Below, one piece after another: positions 1-15,690 of a stretch of 64,000 nt of DNA; positions within the stretch are counted from its first letter, which is position 1; every line of letters starts with the position of its first letter. A program made the translations under genes and the position numbers. The DNA comes from the human T2T-CHM13v2.0 reference genome, Homo sapiens, in the NCBI RefSeq assembly GCF_009914755.1, contig NC_060927.1; one strand, 5' to 3'. Below the pieces are notes generated by a model. It was given only the letters and a program-made list of their open reading frames with translations, was not told where the DNA came from and did no database searches.

Positions 1-424
1 ATTGCTTCTACCAATGCTATTTTTCAGGTTTGTGCTGATAGTGTTCCCTACTCACAACATTTTATTATGAAAATATCCAGACATGCAACACAATTGAAAC
101 AAATTTGCCACACAAACACCCATACACCCCCCATTCATATCTGCCATTGATATTAAGTATCCTCATTTCATCACTTATCTGTCCATCTCTCTATCCTTCT
201 AGCCATCCATTAATACGTCTTATTTCTGGTGCGTTTCAAAGTGAGTTGCAGACTTGTTATAGTATTTTTAACAATCCATTTGTCCATGAAAAAGAAACAT
301 ATTTTGTCAAGGTCAGGCTGATATAAAAGCTTAATATGTTTGAAAAGAAATGAATATAAAGTGAAACAGAAAACGTACCTTCTTCCAGTATTTCAAAAGA
401 ATGGGAAGCAGAAAGGTTCATGGT

Positions 425-505
425 GCTGTCCTGCTGAGTGGTGTTCCATGGTGTGGAAGTACCATAGTTTATTTATCCATTCACCTGCTAATGGACATTT
501 AATGT
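425..505 (-). mobile_element. L1ME ORF2 C-terminal relic
   Basis: KCPLAGEWINKLWYFHTMEHHSA resembles the L1 ORF2 C-terminus. Confidence 0.6.
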
Positions 506-1764
506 AATGTGACTGGTGAAGTGGAGCTTGTTCCAAATGAAGTGAGCTTTTGGATTTCTGTGGTTCTCTGGTAATAGATCCTGTCCATTTTTTCCCCTTT
601 CTGTACAGCATCCACTATTCTACTTCCTGGTTTTCCATGGAGATCTGTCCCTTCTTGATCCCCAGTCCACAAGGCTTGGATGGGGCACATCCCAGGTGTG
701 AGCACAAGGCTGAAGTTTGTCTAATCAGAGGGTCCCCACACTCCTCACCACAGAGGTATGAGGTCAGAGCTGCTCTGGTCTCGTCACTGACCTGATCTCG
801 TCTGTTTCCATTTTCTCTTTTACTCACTGCTCCCCACTTCCCTGCTCTGAAGCTTCACGCCTGCTGTCCCCTCACCTAGACTGCTCTTCCTCCAGATGGC
901 TGGTGGCTTGCCCTGGACTTCTTCTGGTGTCTGTTCAAATGTCAGTTCTCAAAAAGACTTTCCATGGTCACTTTCACTAAGATAACTCTCCAGCCCTTTT
1001 CATCACATGAGCTAATACTTCTCCTATGTTGCTTAAGCACCTTTGAGTTCCATTAAAGAAGTCCGGGTGAAAATGCTGCATTTGTTCAAACTGCCTTCAG
1101 TGTTTGTTCTCTTTATCTTCCAAGTTTCTCAACCCTTAGACTCTACCAGTGGCTGATCAGTCATCCTGATAGTAGAGCCTCCCGGGGTAGATCCTCTGAG
1201 CCAGTTGCTAGGTTCCAAGCTATAGTGCCCATCACCTCCCAGCTAGGTAACTTGGTGGAGATTTACTGGGAAGCTGTGCAGAGAGACTATGTGACCCGGA
1301 GGTTTGGCATAGAGACAAACTCAGAATGGGAGCACTCCAGCGTTTCCTCTGACCTGAAGGGGTCAGGAAGGTTGGTTCACCCTGGCATCTGGTGTACATA
1401 GGATGGCATCACACAGATAATTTAAAGCCTGGGAGCGTGAGTTTGGCATTATTACTGCTACTAGCGTCCCCTTCTTTCAGAGCTCAAAACCCTGAGAGGT
1501 TGCCAAGTGTCAGTAGCATCTCCAGCAATTGATAGCTACTAGGTATTTAGAACCTTCCTCACTTCATCCATCTGCTGGCTCTTACAGTAGATCCAAATCT
1601 TTATATTATCTTAGCTTCTGCTATGAGACCTCCAGAGTGTATGTAACTAACTGCACTCCTTCAAGCTAGAGTGCGGTTTTTTTTTGTATTTTTGCATGCT
1701 GAGTACTTAGCATAGTGCCTGGGTCAATAATGATAGTACTTGTTGAATTAGTAGAATGATATAT

Positions 1765-1960
1765 AACATTTATTAAGTGTTTCCAGTGATCAGGCATGGT
1801 TCTGATTTTATTACATGTACAAGTTTATTTAATCTTCAGAACATTAAGGAGTAGATGTTGCTATCTCTCCATCTCGTAGGTGAGGAAACTGATTCACAGA
1901 GCTATTAAGTTATTTGCCAAAGAATACACAGTTGGCAAGTGGGTGAGCTTGGACTTGAAA
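1765..1960 (-). mobile_element. MIR SINE
   Basis: MIR core ggtgaggaaactga..cacagag..ttaagttatttgccaaag. Confidence 0.75.
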
Positions 1961-3009
1961 GCCCATCAATATCTATTTAATATTTATTTTAATCATATGT
2001 AAAAGTACTATAGCAGTAGTATAATATTACTGTCTCACCTAAACATATATTAGAATGTTTATAGTAGAATACCATAGGCCACTTATCCACTGGACATTTA
2101 TTGGACCATGATTGCATGTAAATAATAGGCATTAGAGGGATTTAAAGATGAGTAAGGCAGCTTCAGGATCAGAGAAACTCCTACTGTTGAGTTAGTAATA
2201 GAAATCTACACAAAAAGCAGTCCTATGAGGCAGTGGATCTGAGTATCATTCTAAAGGCATAAAATTGCGTTGAAATGGTGGAGATTGATGTTGTTGTATG
2301 TGCATGGAGAGGGCATGTGCAGGCTGGTTGGTAATGTTGGGAAGGATACGGTGGGGTGGATAGGAGTGGGGTAGATCATCCCGGGTACAGTGTGATTGGT
2401 GACTTAGGAGCAGGACATCTTCCTGTGTGAAGCTGATGCTTCAGAGCTTGGAGTCTTGTGTTCCCTCCAAACCAGTAGCTTAGGTGACAAATCATTGATA
2501 AGAACGGCACTGTACAAATTACCAACTGGTTTAAACTTTGAAAACACCTCCTGAGTTTCAGGAGATAAAACTGACATCAATAACGAGAGTGTCTAAGGTG
2601 GTCAACAGCAACTGGTTTGAAGGTGATGAGATGTGTAATTTACCACTTGCAGAGGTGGCGAGATGCTTCCCGAAGCCTGATCTGGGCTGTAGCCACCCAG
2701 CCATAGCTCTCGGGCTGTGCGGGGCTTGGCAGGCAGCCTTCTCTGAGCAGGAAGCACCTGCCTCAGAGGAGCATGGGGCCCGGGGGGGCCCGCCCTGGGT
2801 AGCCGCACAGAGTTTGCACGTTTGTGCCAAGACCACTCCTTCACATCACAGGCCAGTGTGTGGGCAGACACCCTCACACACTGAAAACAATTTACTGTCC
2901 TTGCTGCCCAAAGTGACCTTTCTTCAATAGTGAGCAGTTGAAACAGATTTATTGCATTAAGCAAATTTTTAAACTTTTTTTTCCCTCTTGGGAAAATTTG
3001 TTTAACCCA

Positions 3010-3640
<631 letters not shown>

Positions 3641-4583
3641 GAGTAGTGATTTCTAAAGAAGGACATAGGATACATCTCTGCAGTGCAGGGAGTAAATATT
3701 GAAATATCTCTTTTAAAATGCCTATTTTTGTTTAAGTTTAGAGTATACATGGTAGAGCAATAGTATATTATGATAATGTCCATAATCGTGATATTTATAC
3801 AGTATAATATTGTGCATAAATATATCTATTTGTAGGCATATGCTGACTTTTTGCTGATAGAAATATGCATTTTAAAAAATTCAGGGACAGTTTAAAGGAA
3901 GTTTTTACGAATTATTTTGCTGCAAATTATCTCACCATGTCACAGATAATTGGAGGAAGTAGTAATAGAATATTACAGTCTACTTATTATTAGGGACTAA
4001 CAAGCATCATTATTAAAGGGCACTGCTGAGTTAGGTTCCCGCAGCCTCTCTCTCACCTCTCCCGTAGGCTCCCTCCTCTGTTCCAGGGCACCCTGCAGTT
4101 ACAGCAGGGAGTGCTTCATCACCTGGTGTCTGGACTTCTGACTTGATTATGAGTTCTTTGAAGGCAGAGCAGTATGTCTTTGTGCCATTTGTGTCTCTGC
4201 TCCCACCTCAGTGCCTGGCTCCCCAAATATTTGGTGATTGAATGAGGGAGGGAGGGAGAAAGGGAGACCTATCCATTGCTTTCTAACATGTCCTTGGCAC
4301 TGCTGGAAACCATAAAGTAAAGCAAATTGTGTTCTGGCAACGAGAAATCATTTATCCCCATACAATTCTTTTCTGCCTCATATGCCATCTAACCAGAAGG
4401 TTTATATTCCTCAGGCAACTTTTCTCTAGGTGGAGACAGACTCACAGGACCTGGCTTGAGTTCCAGCTTGGCTGCTTATTAGCTCTGTGACGTCTATGTA
4501 GAAATTGAGTCTCCTCTTGGGTGGGGGAAGGGGAGTGTCTCAGTTTCCCCATGAGTACAGTAAATGAGTTGGAGTGACCCAGC

Positions 4584-5143
4584 TGTCAGAGGTGTGTGAA
4601 CCAGAGCACTCCATCTTAATTAGGAGCTGGGTAAAATAAGGCTGAAACCTACTGGGCTGCATTCCTAGACGGCTAAGGCATTCTCAGTCACAGGATGAGA
4701 TAGGAGGTCAGCACAAAATACAGGTCATAAAGACCTTACTGATAAAAACAGGTTACAGTAAAGGAGCCAGCCAAAACCCACCAAAACCAAAATGGCCACG
4801 GGAGTGACCTCTGGTCGTCCTCACTGCTGCTCTCCCACCATGAGCGCCATGACAGTTTACAATTGCCATGGCAACGACAGGAAGTTACCCTATAGGGTCT
4901 AAAAAGGAGAGGCATGAATAATCCACCCCTTGTTTAGTGTATTGTCAAGAAATAACCATAAAAATGCACAACCGACAGCCCTTGGGGCTTCTCTGTCTGT
5001 GGAGTAGCCATTCTTTTATTCCTTTACTTACGTAGTAATAAACTTGCTTTCACTTTGCCCTGCAGACTGACCCTGAATTCTTTTTTGAGCGAGATCCAAG
5101 AACCCTCTGCTGGGGTCTGGATCGGGACCCCTTTCCTGTAACA
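4584..5143 (+). mobile_element. MER41A solo LTR (ERV1)
   Basis: TGTCAGAGG..AACCAGAGC..CTCCATCTT start, ...GGACCCCTTTCCTGTAACA end, AATAAA at ~5037. Lacks the MER41B GAS-containing segment. 4-bp TSD cagc/caac. Confidence 0.88.
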
Positions 5144-6389
5144 CAACCTCCAGCTATTTCTGTTTTTTCCTTCATAATTTTTGCCTTATCTGAGTAGTAC
5201 CTGTAGAAATGTTTAACAGAATGTTTTTCTTTACATTTTCTTCTTTTTTTCAATTTATTTTTTAAAGCAGGCTTTTAAACACTACTGCTGAAGGGAAACC
5301 AGCTGGTCATAGAAGAAGATACCTAAGAGGGAGAGTGAATCCAAATGGCCTTGCTCAGTTCTAGCTCTTTTCCATGACCTGCAAGGCTTTCATCAGAGAC
5401 CTGTGGTGAGAGGGCAGAGGAGCTGGGATCGGAGTTCCCGAGAGGCTGAGACATTGTTTTTCCTTGTCTCAATTAAGAGGCATCAAGGAGAACAGGAAAA
5501 GGAAGACTTTTTTTCTCTGTGAGGCTCAGTGTCACTTAATGGAGTGTCTAGCGACTACCTTCTGTCACTCCCCAAAGCACCTCTAAGCCTAACGTCATCT
5601 CCACTGGCCTCTACCTTTGCTGTGGAAGAGTCTAAGTCTTTGCAATCTTAGATAGGACATGATTAGTTCCAAGTCTCTCTTGATGCTCTTTTTTTTTTTT
5701 AAAAAAATTGCATGTGTAGAATCTGAATCAAAGTTTTGCAGGAAATCAGGTGTTGTTTTCTGTTAAATAAATACAGGGAGCTGGAAATTTCCCACTTGTG
5801 TCATGACATCTGTCCTCCCATGCCAGGATTTATAGGATGCTGCCCCTGAACCTCTGGACTGAGTGGACCTTTGGTGGAGGCTGGGGGTAAGGGAGGAGGG
5901 TTGAAAAACAAAGTTCCCATCCTCAAGGAGGAGGAAACCATATCCTGGCTCAAGATGTTTGATGACCCTGCCTTGAAGTTGGGGTGTTGTTAGTTCAGGC
6001 CTGATTCCTGGTGATTCATTTGTAAGTGTTACTTCCCGAGATGACCGTAAAACATGGCATGGAGGTGAGGAGACGGATGATAGGATACAGAAGCCTCCGT
6101 CAGAGCAACCTGGCCCACTGCTCTCATCCAGTGTCTGGTCCAACTCAGCACCAGGGAGCACAGCTGTGTGAAGAGATCATTTTGGGCTGTTGGAGTAGCC
6201 AGCATCCACGAGAATGACATGGAATTGATTTCTCCTTTAGAATACCAAATAGCCTTTGCCATAGTTATCTGTTTCCTCTTCATGATATGTAGATGTTAAT
6301 TGTATTTGGGATCTCTGTGAATTTGTTTGACATGGCATAATTGTTACCTGTTTTTCTTCTCATGTGGTCTTAAAAATTAATATATGTTC

Positions 6390-6740
6390 TTGGGAGAACA
6401 GGTTTAGGTTTACAGAAAAATTAAGCAGAAAGTACAGAGAACCCCCATTTACCTCCTTCCTGCCCCCTCCAGTTTCTCGCATTATTAACATCTTGTATTA
6501 GCCTGGTACATTTGTTGCAATCAAACAAATACTGATACAATACTATTAACTAAAGTCTATAATTTCCATTAGGGCTCACTCTTTGTGTTGTATAGTTCTA
6601 AGGGTTTTAACAAGTGTGTAATGTCCTGTATCCGTCATTACCGTATCATACAGAATAGTTTGACTGCCCTAAAAATCTGCTGTGCTCTTGGCAACCTTTG
6701 ATCCTTTTACTGTCTCTATAGTTTTGCTTTTTCCCTATAA
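6390..6740 (-). mobile_element. L1MC-type 3' end fragment
   Basis: aggtttacagaaaaattaagcagaaagtacagag...tatcatacagaatagtt..ctgccctaaaaatc. Confidence 0.75.
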
Positions 6741-8574
6741 TTTTAAATAATTGGAATAAAATGTGCACAACATAAAGTTTACCATTTTAACCATATTCAA
6801 TTTTTGAGTATACAATTGTAAGCATACAGTTTAAAATGTACATGCATTTATAATGGGTTTAGATTCGGGCAAGTGGCTGACTGTGAAGGTTACAAATGCG
6901 ATGAGGAAAATGACAAAGCCAGCCATATTGTTCATGGCAGGGGACACATTGCAATGTTGATGGAGCCTTGACCACAGACAGCACTGTGCTGCATATTTTA
7001 TACGCAAGGGCCCGGTTGGCACCTTATGCCTGCTGGACAGGCAGATGTTGTTATTACCCCTTCACCCCTCACACATAGGAAGGAGCTGCAGGGAGGGAGT
7101 GGCTCAGGCCATAGTTGGGAAAGCTATGATTAAACCTCCATCTGCCCAACCGCAAATTTCCATCTCTTAACCAGTGCACTTTCCTGCTGGCATAGAGGTT
7201 TGAAGAAGTGTTTTAAATGCTCTTTGGGAGTATAGGGGAGCTGTAATATGAAATCCCTTTCATTTTGGAGACCAGCTGAAGTGGGGATCTTTACTCTGCC
7301 TTATTAATAAGTTCTTTAGACGGCAACTTAAGATGATGCCTCAGCTTTCTGCTGCTCATGTTTCTATCAGATTTGATGGATGCCTTGTAATAAACACCCT
7401 AAACGCAGAATCTACTTATTTCTATATTAAACATCAGATGTTTGTGGGATACAGAGAAAAGAATGAGATTGTGCTGTGTCAGGACCAAAATAACTTATGT
7501 TGGTTGACTTAAAAAAAAAAAACAAAAAACACCATGGGCTCCTTCTTCATAGAAGGCTCCTTTAGGGTCCAATTGCCAGGGACCCCATGGATCTGGTAAG
7601 ATGATTCCAGGCTCCTCTCAGTCCTATCCTCAATAGAACTGGTGCTTCCTTGCCTGAGACCCACCGTGCCTGTATAAATGACCTCAATTTCCTTCCACTT
7701 GCTGACATACTTGTGGGCCCTAGAAGGCAGTACCCTCCCATGGGGCTTGGTACACTGTAGGCTCCTAATAAATGTTTATTTAATAAATGTAATTGTATAG
7801 GGCTATATGCTTTTCGAAGCAGGCCCATATACAGAAAGCCACATCATACATTTATTTGACTCCTATGTATGTATGTGAATACAAAGAAGTTAATCTTCCT
7901 TAAAAAAAGAATTCTGAGATTATTCTGCTCTTGGGTTCATTGGAGTGATGAGTTGATTGCATCATAGGTTTGATCAAGAACACCCAAGGTGTCAGCCAGG
8001 AATTAAACATTCACTTCCTGACAGTAATCCAGTTTTCTAACCACAGACCCCTTTGCTGCCCTTTGAATGGATTCAACATAGTCAATTATCATTCTTTTTG
8101 GAATTTGGCCCTTGTTGCTCTCAGCCTGAGTAAGTATTGGTACGTTTTGGTGGAGTTATTTTTGATTTCACTGGCTGATACTGTAGCTGAAAGAGCTGTG
8201 ACCCATGATTTATGGAAACATTTTAACTGCAAGATAAAATATTTTTTGATTGACAGAGTCTCCATACTCAAGTCAAAATGGGTAATTTTCTTATAATTTT
8301 ATTGCTGATGTTCTGTTATCTACAATATTGTGTTTCAAGTTAGAAAATGCATGATACTATGAACTCAGCAGAGACATCTATTTCTTTTTAAATGGAAATT
8401 CGAAGCACACTATCAGGACTCTCTTGTTCGCAGAAGAAACACTGCTTATTTCTTTGGCCGTAACTCAAGTTTTTCTTATTCTGGGGATTATTGCAAATGG
8501 CACTAAAATTATTTGCTCATCTTTCTTTTCTGTCAAGAAGAGAGATGCTGTGTCAGAAACACACCTAATTGTGA

Positions 8575-8913
<339 letters not shown>

Positions 8914-10736
8914 TAGGAAGTGAGAGACTCTTGGTTGTGTCCCAGGGAGGGAGAGAGAAAATGGGTCTGGGGTGGTAGAAAACTAAAGAAAGGCATTTTG
9001 GGGACGGGGTGCTGAGTTTCTGAGCTGTTCTTGCAATTGCAGCTCTCAGCTCCACAGTCACACTGTGGGGTTCAAGAACAGGGACTTAGGAGGGTGGCAT
9101 GAAGCAGAGCAAGAGGCGCCCACACACCCCAAGCCTGCTGAGACTGTGGATTGCATGCATCCTGGCCTGGCCTCCTGCAACCATTGGTTCTGAACGTTGC
9201 GCTTTCTCATTAGGAATTTCTCATTAGGAGGCATTCCTGAGAGGCAGCTCTTTTTAGGAATTCCAAAGCAAAGACTTCATGGAGCCTATCAGCAATACCA
9301 GCCCCATCTGTCACACCTCCTCACCACAGCCCTTAATGGCTCCCCTGACTCTGAGCCAAGCTGTTTGCTTCTTATCTTTTCGGAGCATTGCTGTGTTTAT
9401 CTTTATTTCACTATGCTCCTTTAATTTTTGTCTGTCTAACTTTTCATTATTTGCTTCCTTATCTATACAATCACCCACAAGCTTCTTTTTTCTTTTTAAT
9501 TAGGTTTAAGCTTCATTGTACACAAAGCTTCCTGAAAAATCACTCCCCCCTCCCCCAGGCATCCATCACGTCTTCCCATGATAGCAGGCCCATCTTGGCT
9601 TTCTCAGGGGATGTAGTGCGCATCTGTTCATGACTTCTTTAAGTTCTTACCTCAGTGTTTAACCTCAGTCCTCCTTCCTGTACCTGAGCATCAGAAATCT
9701 GGGTTCTTGTTCTCATTGTTCAGAGCAGTTGCTCATCTTCTATGTGTCTGCGTATGCTGGCTGCCATGACGTAAATTCTCTTTAACACATTCCTTGGACA
9801 GAGGGCCCATTGGTTCAGACTTTGGTCATGCATTTGTCTTGTGTTTTGGCTTCTGGTGCCTCTTTTGACATTTTATGTTCAAAGTAGCTAAATTAAATTA
9901 TACCTTCAACTCTGGCTGCTGATCATGGAAGACATAGCTGATCTCCCAGTGGGCAGTGTTTCCTTCCCCCTTCCAGTTGAAATTCTGTTCTTTCAGAACT
10001 TGTATTGTGAGGGCATTTGAATGGAGAGTGTCTCCTCCTCTTTTTTTTATTTATTTATTAAAAGCTGTTAAAATAACTGTACTCTCTTGCTGAGAACTCC
10101 AAATGGGTTTCTAGTTACACAGTGTCATTTTAGTTCTTATATGTTTATTTAAATGGATATTTCAGATAAGTATATTTTCTAATGGAGATTAATCACTTTT
10201 TCATTTTTTTTTAAATTAAGCATCTATTGCATTTTAGGTTCTATGCCAGGTCCCAAGATAGAGAAGTGAAGAAGACAGATATGGCCTTTCTCTCTCTGGG
10301 CTTGAAGTCTGAGTGTCAGTGCAAGTGGAGGGGTACCACTGACTACTTTAGGATTAGCGTTCAGAGGCTTTACTGACAAAAGTGTAGGCCATTTTAGGTT
10401 CTTCTAAGCTAACTGCAAAATAGTTCACACTTTCACATTTTGTGCATGCTTTATTGGAGCATATTTGGAAACATCTAGAAGTTTCAAGATGATGGGCTCA
10501 ACTGTTCTGTTATCAACACCAGCCACATTGTATCCTCTTGCTCACAACCCAGGCAAATGCTCCACAAGAGTGAGCTTTCGAGATACTCGAAGCATCAACC
10601 TTGTAAAATACTGTGAATTTTGTGGGACATGTGTTTTCAATGTGTTCTCTACCTGTCTGCTTACCTGGATGGTATTATAACTTATCACTTCTTTTGTGGC
10701 CCTGTCTCACGGCTTTTAACATCCATGTGTGTGTGA

Positions 10737-11141
<405 letters not shown>

Positions 11142-12715
11142 TGAGTCTGATTTTTAAACATTTTTCTGTCTCTTTTTTCCTTGTCAGCCATTGGTGGCTT
11201 CCTGCTGCTGCTTGCCGCCATTTTTAATTTTACTGCATCTAAGTGTGTTGTGACTTGGGAAGTCATATAAACAAGATTGTTGGAATGGTGTTCAAACTAA
11301 TAAAGTGTTTGTGTTCTCTGCTCAAAGCCCTTCATCTAACTCTTGTTCTCAGCTTTGTCTCCGTGTTTGAAGGTTCTTAGTAACTAAGGGTAGTTGTGTT
11401 GTAATAACTTTAAAGCGTGCTTCATTTCAGCAGTTTATATGGTTCCATTTTGTGTTTATAAGGTGAGAAACTCCCTTTCTACAAGCCAGTTGGTAACCTC
11501 CTCTTTAAACTCACTGCACCACCAAGCACATTACTCTTTGCCAAGACAGTTCTTGGAACCTCTGCCCTAGCCTCTCTGCCTACCACCCTATATAATAGCA
11601 GGGCTGTGCCCTGTTGTCAGGTAACTTTATAAAGCACATCCTAGTTTTATCATTCCTTGCTCGGCTCTCTTTCGGCCTCCTGGTGCCTTATGCAATAAAA
11701 TGCAGATGCCTAATCTTAGCATTCAAAGATCTCGCAGAGTGGTCTGAAGCTACACATCAGATTCATCTAAACCCATGTTGGATACCTCCTCTGCAGAGTC
11801 TGATTTCTCCTTTGCAGCACTTCTCTCAGAGTCTGCAGCAAATTCTCCCTCCTGGTCTTCATGGCTATTGGTGCTTTGTTTTTGATGACCTGTACTGCAT
11901 GGATACGTGGATACATACGCTTGTGTTATTTCCCCAGGTGATGATAGGCCAGGGCATTCTTATTCTTATAATCCACTTGGACTTGGCACAATGGAAAGTC
12001 AGACAGCAAAAGGGTCACAGGATAGCAGGTGTACCTGATTTCTAGTCCTGGGTCTCCCTCTCTGCCCATCACTGTGCAAGCTAACTTTATTCCTGGGAGC
12101 CTCTACTGAGTCGTTTATAAAATAAAGGTGGTAGTAGCACCTACTTCGTAGGATTTGTGCGAGGATAGAGTCCTAGGGTACTGGTACAGTTAAAGACAGT
12201 GGTGTGGTGTTGATGGTTGTGTATTATTACTCCTCCTTGGAGTAGTAGTATTATTACCCCTACCAGATATTCAATAAATGCTTGTTAAAGTGAACTGAAC
12301 CTTAACAGTTTGTTCTGTGCCGTTCACAGACATCAACCTGGGAAAAGTCAGTTGTAACTCAGGAGGTCACAACAAATAAATCAGTGTGTGGAAAAGTCAC
12401 AGACATAACAGCAGCAGCTCCTGAGGTTTGGAAAGGCCCTTCCCAATCGGATCAGGCACTTCTGGTCCCCCAGGGAGCAGTAGAGCCCATGCTGGATGGC
12501 ACAAAGCCCCCGCAGTTTGGGGTACTTCCACAAATTGCAGCATGCTCCCAAATGTCACCTTCCACTGTGAGTAGAAAGGCAGTGGTGCTTACTTTATTCA
12601 AGGAAAATACACACCAATGTTAGCAACAATTAACTTCCAGAAGTCTTGGGATACAGTTGTGGTCATAAATCTTGATAAGTTCTGACCAATAAATTTGGTG
12701 ATTTTCTTAAACAAC

Positions 12716-13010
12716 TTTTTTTAATTTTTAATTCTTGTGGGTACATAGTAGGTGTAAATATTTATGCGGCACATGAGATGTTTCCATACAGGCGTGCAGT
12801 GTGAAATAGGACATCATAAAGAATGGGGTATCCATCCCTGCAAGCATTTATCCATTGAGTTGCAGACAATTCATTTACACTCTTTAAGTTGTTTTAAAAT
12901 GTATAATCATTATTGATTGTAGTCAGCCTGATGTGCTATCAAATAACAGATCTTACCCATTCTCTCTGTTTTCTTTTTTGTACCCATTAACCATCCCCAC
13001 TTCCCCCACT
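12716..13010 (-). mobile_element. L1MA-type 3' end fragment
   Basis: gtgggtacatagtaggtgta..tatttatg....catgagatg..aatggggtatccatcc. Confidence 0.75.
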
Positions 13011-14809
13011 AGCCAATTTGGTGGTTTTCTTGTCACCTTATTTAAGTCGTGCAGTCTTACTGGTAGAGCTATTCCCTCAAAGTCAGAAATAGCAGTATAG
13101 TTAGGGAAGCAGAATTTCTTTGTAGCTCTGAAAGAAATGCAGAGATGGAAACGTGAAATCCTTGGGAATGGTTGATGTCTTCTTATGGTTTGTATCCAGC
13201 AGCTGAGTGTGGAATCTCTGAGCCGGACTAACATGGGTTTGAATCTCACCTTTGCCCCCTGCCAGCAGTGTGGCCCTGGTTCAGCAGATATGGGTATAAG
13301 AAGGTCCAGGAATAGCATTTTTTTTTTTTATAAAGGTAACACCCTCCCTGTATTTTCCAGGTAGTTTTGATTATCATTGGAGTTTGGGAACCACATCTCT
13401 AAAGCAAGGCATTCTGATGAGTTATCTAGCATTCCCACCGCGCCCCCTCCCTGCCACCCAACTCTTTCCCAGCCATGCAGTAGCGCAGAGTAGTGTTTGA
13501 AAATGCTAGCCTCAGCTCTGCATCCTGAAATGACCTTGTGGAAGCATTCCCTTGTCTCCCTGTGGGCTTTAGGGAAGGCAGTAGATTAGGGAGATGAAAT
13601 GCCAGAGAAATTAGCCAAGCCATCTCCCTGCAGACTTGGGCTTCTTGCCACCTGGTCCTGGTCTAAAAGTTAGGCCAGTCAGCCTTGCTCCAGGAGAGGT
13701 GCAGAAGCCTCAGGAAAGGCCCCTCAGGGTGATGCTTGGTTCTGTACTAAGGAGAACTATTCTTCCGTTTAGAAGTTCTTCCTGGCAGGACGGCTTTTTA
13801 TCATGTTTGCCCGAGATTCCCATTACTCTTAATTGCCTTCTTTGTGTAGCTTTGGCCATTATTTTCTTTCCCCTTTAGTGTTTACTCTGTCAAATATTTA
13901 AGGGCAGTTATCATGTCTCTTTAGCCAAGCTACACACATTCAAGGTCCTTTCAACTTCTCACATGAATCTCAGCCTTCCAGCCCCTCAGCACCTACCCAT
14001 ACGTGCTGTGCAGTGTTTGCTTTGGATCAGAATTTGGAAGCGGAGGAATTTTTCTCCTTAGAGTTATTGGCGTCAGTGTGCACTTTATGAGTCTGCTGCA
14101 AACACCCTCACACAGGGAATTAAGGAGACACGATCCAGTTTGCTATTGTTTTAAGGACAGCCCAGGGCCTTTTTGCCCTTCTGATGATATCTCTTTAAAT
14201 TGAATTTGAGACATGGGCAAAAGTCAACAAGGACTAGTGTTTCAGTACTTTAAAGCTTATAAAGTATGAAGGATTTTTTTAAGGTCTAAAACCAAAAAAG
14301 GAAAAAATGCAAGTATAATTTAAAAAAAATGACAAACAGTGCTGTGGTGAGCTGCAAGTTAAATGAGGTTCTGGTGGTTTTCATCCAAGGGCCCCTCCTG
14401 AGTGTCTCTGGGTCTCTTTCTTGTGCAGTCAGAATTTTCTGTCAGTGCTCTTACTTCTAAGCAAAGCCAATTGAATGAATGCAAAATTAGCCAAAAGGAA
14501 AAAGAAAAACAGGCAAAATGATTTAACTATTCAATTTAATTCCTCTTGTCATTCTACCTCGAGGCTGGAGTGTGGGATCTAAGACCACGTCTGCTGGACC
14601 CCTTGGGCTACTTGGTTCTCATGTGTCTCTCCCTGAGCTTGAGTGGGATTCCAGCGTTTACTGATACATATCTTTTGTACAGCACAGTCTCTAAATGTAA
14701 GCCAACGACTGCAGCTTTTGCTCAACAACAATCATAAAAACAAAAATCTTTTGCAACACCAGAAAGGAAAATGACTGCGTTGGATGTATTGAAGGATGGC
14801 TTATGCGTT

Positions 14810-15690
14810 TTTATTCCTTCAACAAAATATTTATTTTGGATTTTCTCTGTCCTGTTTATACATCTGGGCACTTGAGATACCATTGTAAACAAACTTTATA
14901 GTCATGGCATGTGTTTGTGTATGAAAAATGGTAAGTGTGCTTCAGAGAATGGAAATGATATGAGAGAGTGATTGGGGTAACCTCTTTAGAGTGGGAGATC
15001 AGGGGCAGTCTCTCTGCAGATGTGACAGTTTGACACTGGGATCTGTATGGCCTGAAGGATGAGGCTGATGAGATGGACAGGGGCTGGGTTATGTACAACT
15101 TTGAGGCTAAGATTAGGAATGTAGGTCATACTTGAAGTGCAACTGGAGGCCATTGAAGTGTTTCCAGCAGGAGGAGATGTGATCTGATTTCCAATCCGGG
15201 CACTCCGGCTGCTGTATAGAGACTAGTCTGCAGGAGCTAGAGTGGAAATAAAGGCCAGTGAAGGGGCTCTGGCAGTCATCAGTGAAGTGATCTGGAAATG
15301 GGGTTGTATCAGTAGAGATGGAGAGAGGTATGGTCAGGATATATTTGAAGTTAGAGTCATCAGGAATTGTTCATAGGTTGGCCATGGGGGAGCATGTGTT
15401 GGCCATGGGGGAGCATGTGTTGGCCATGGGGGAAGGAGAGAAACAAATGATGCTCCTAGGCATTGCTCTACAGCCTTCAGTTCTGCTCTGGCCATGTTAA
15501 GTTTGAGATGTCTATTACACATGTACCTGGAGATGTAAAAGATGCCGTTGGATCTGTGAGGCCTAAGCCCAGGGCAGGAGTAAAGGTAGGACATGGAGGC
15601 CTTGGAGGATTGACATATGGATGGTATATTAAGTCATGTGTCTAGGAAGAGGCTACAAACAGGAAGAGAGAAGAAGAGCCCATTTGGACT
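14810..15690 (-). mobile_element. L2 LINE relic
   Basis: ttattccttcaacaaaatattt 3' end and ggccatgttaagtttgagatgtctatta L2 motifs. Boundaries approximate. Confidence 0.65.
15377..15433. repeat. 21-bp tandem repeat x2.7 (gttggccatgggggagcatgt)
   Basis: Two identical units plus a 15-nt partial unit. Confidence 0.95.

Noticed and set aside
6144-6164. REST/RE1-like TCAGCACCAGGGAG
   Set aside because: Only the left half-site matches; the GGACAG right half is absent.
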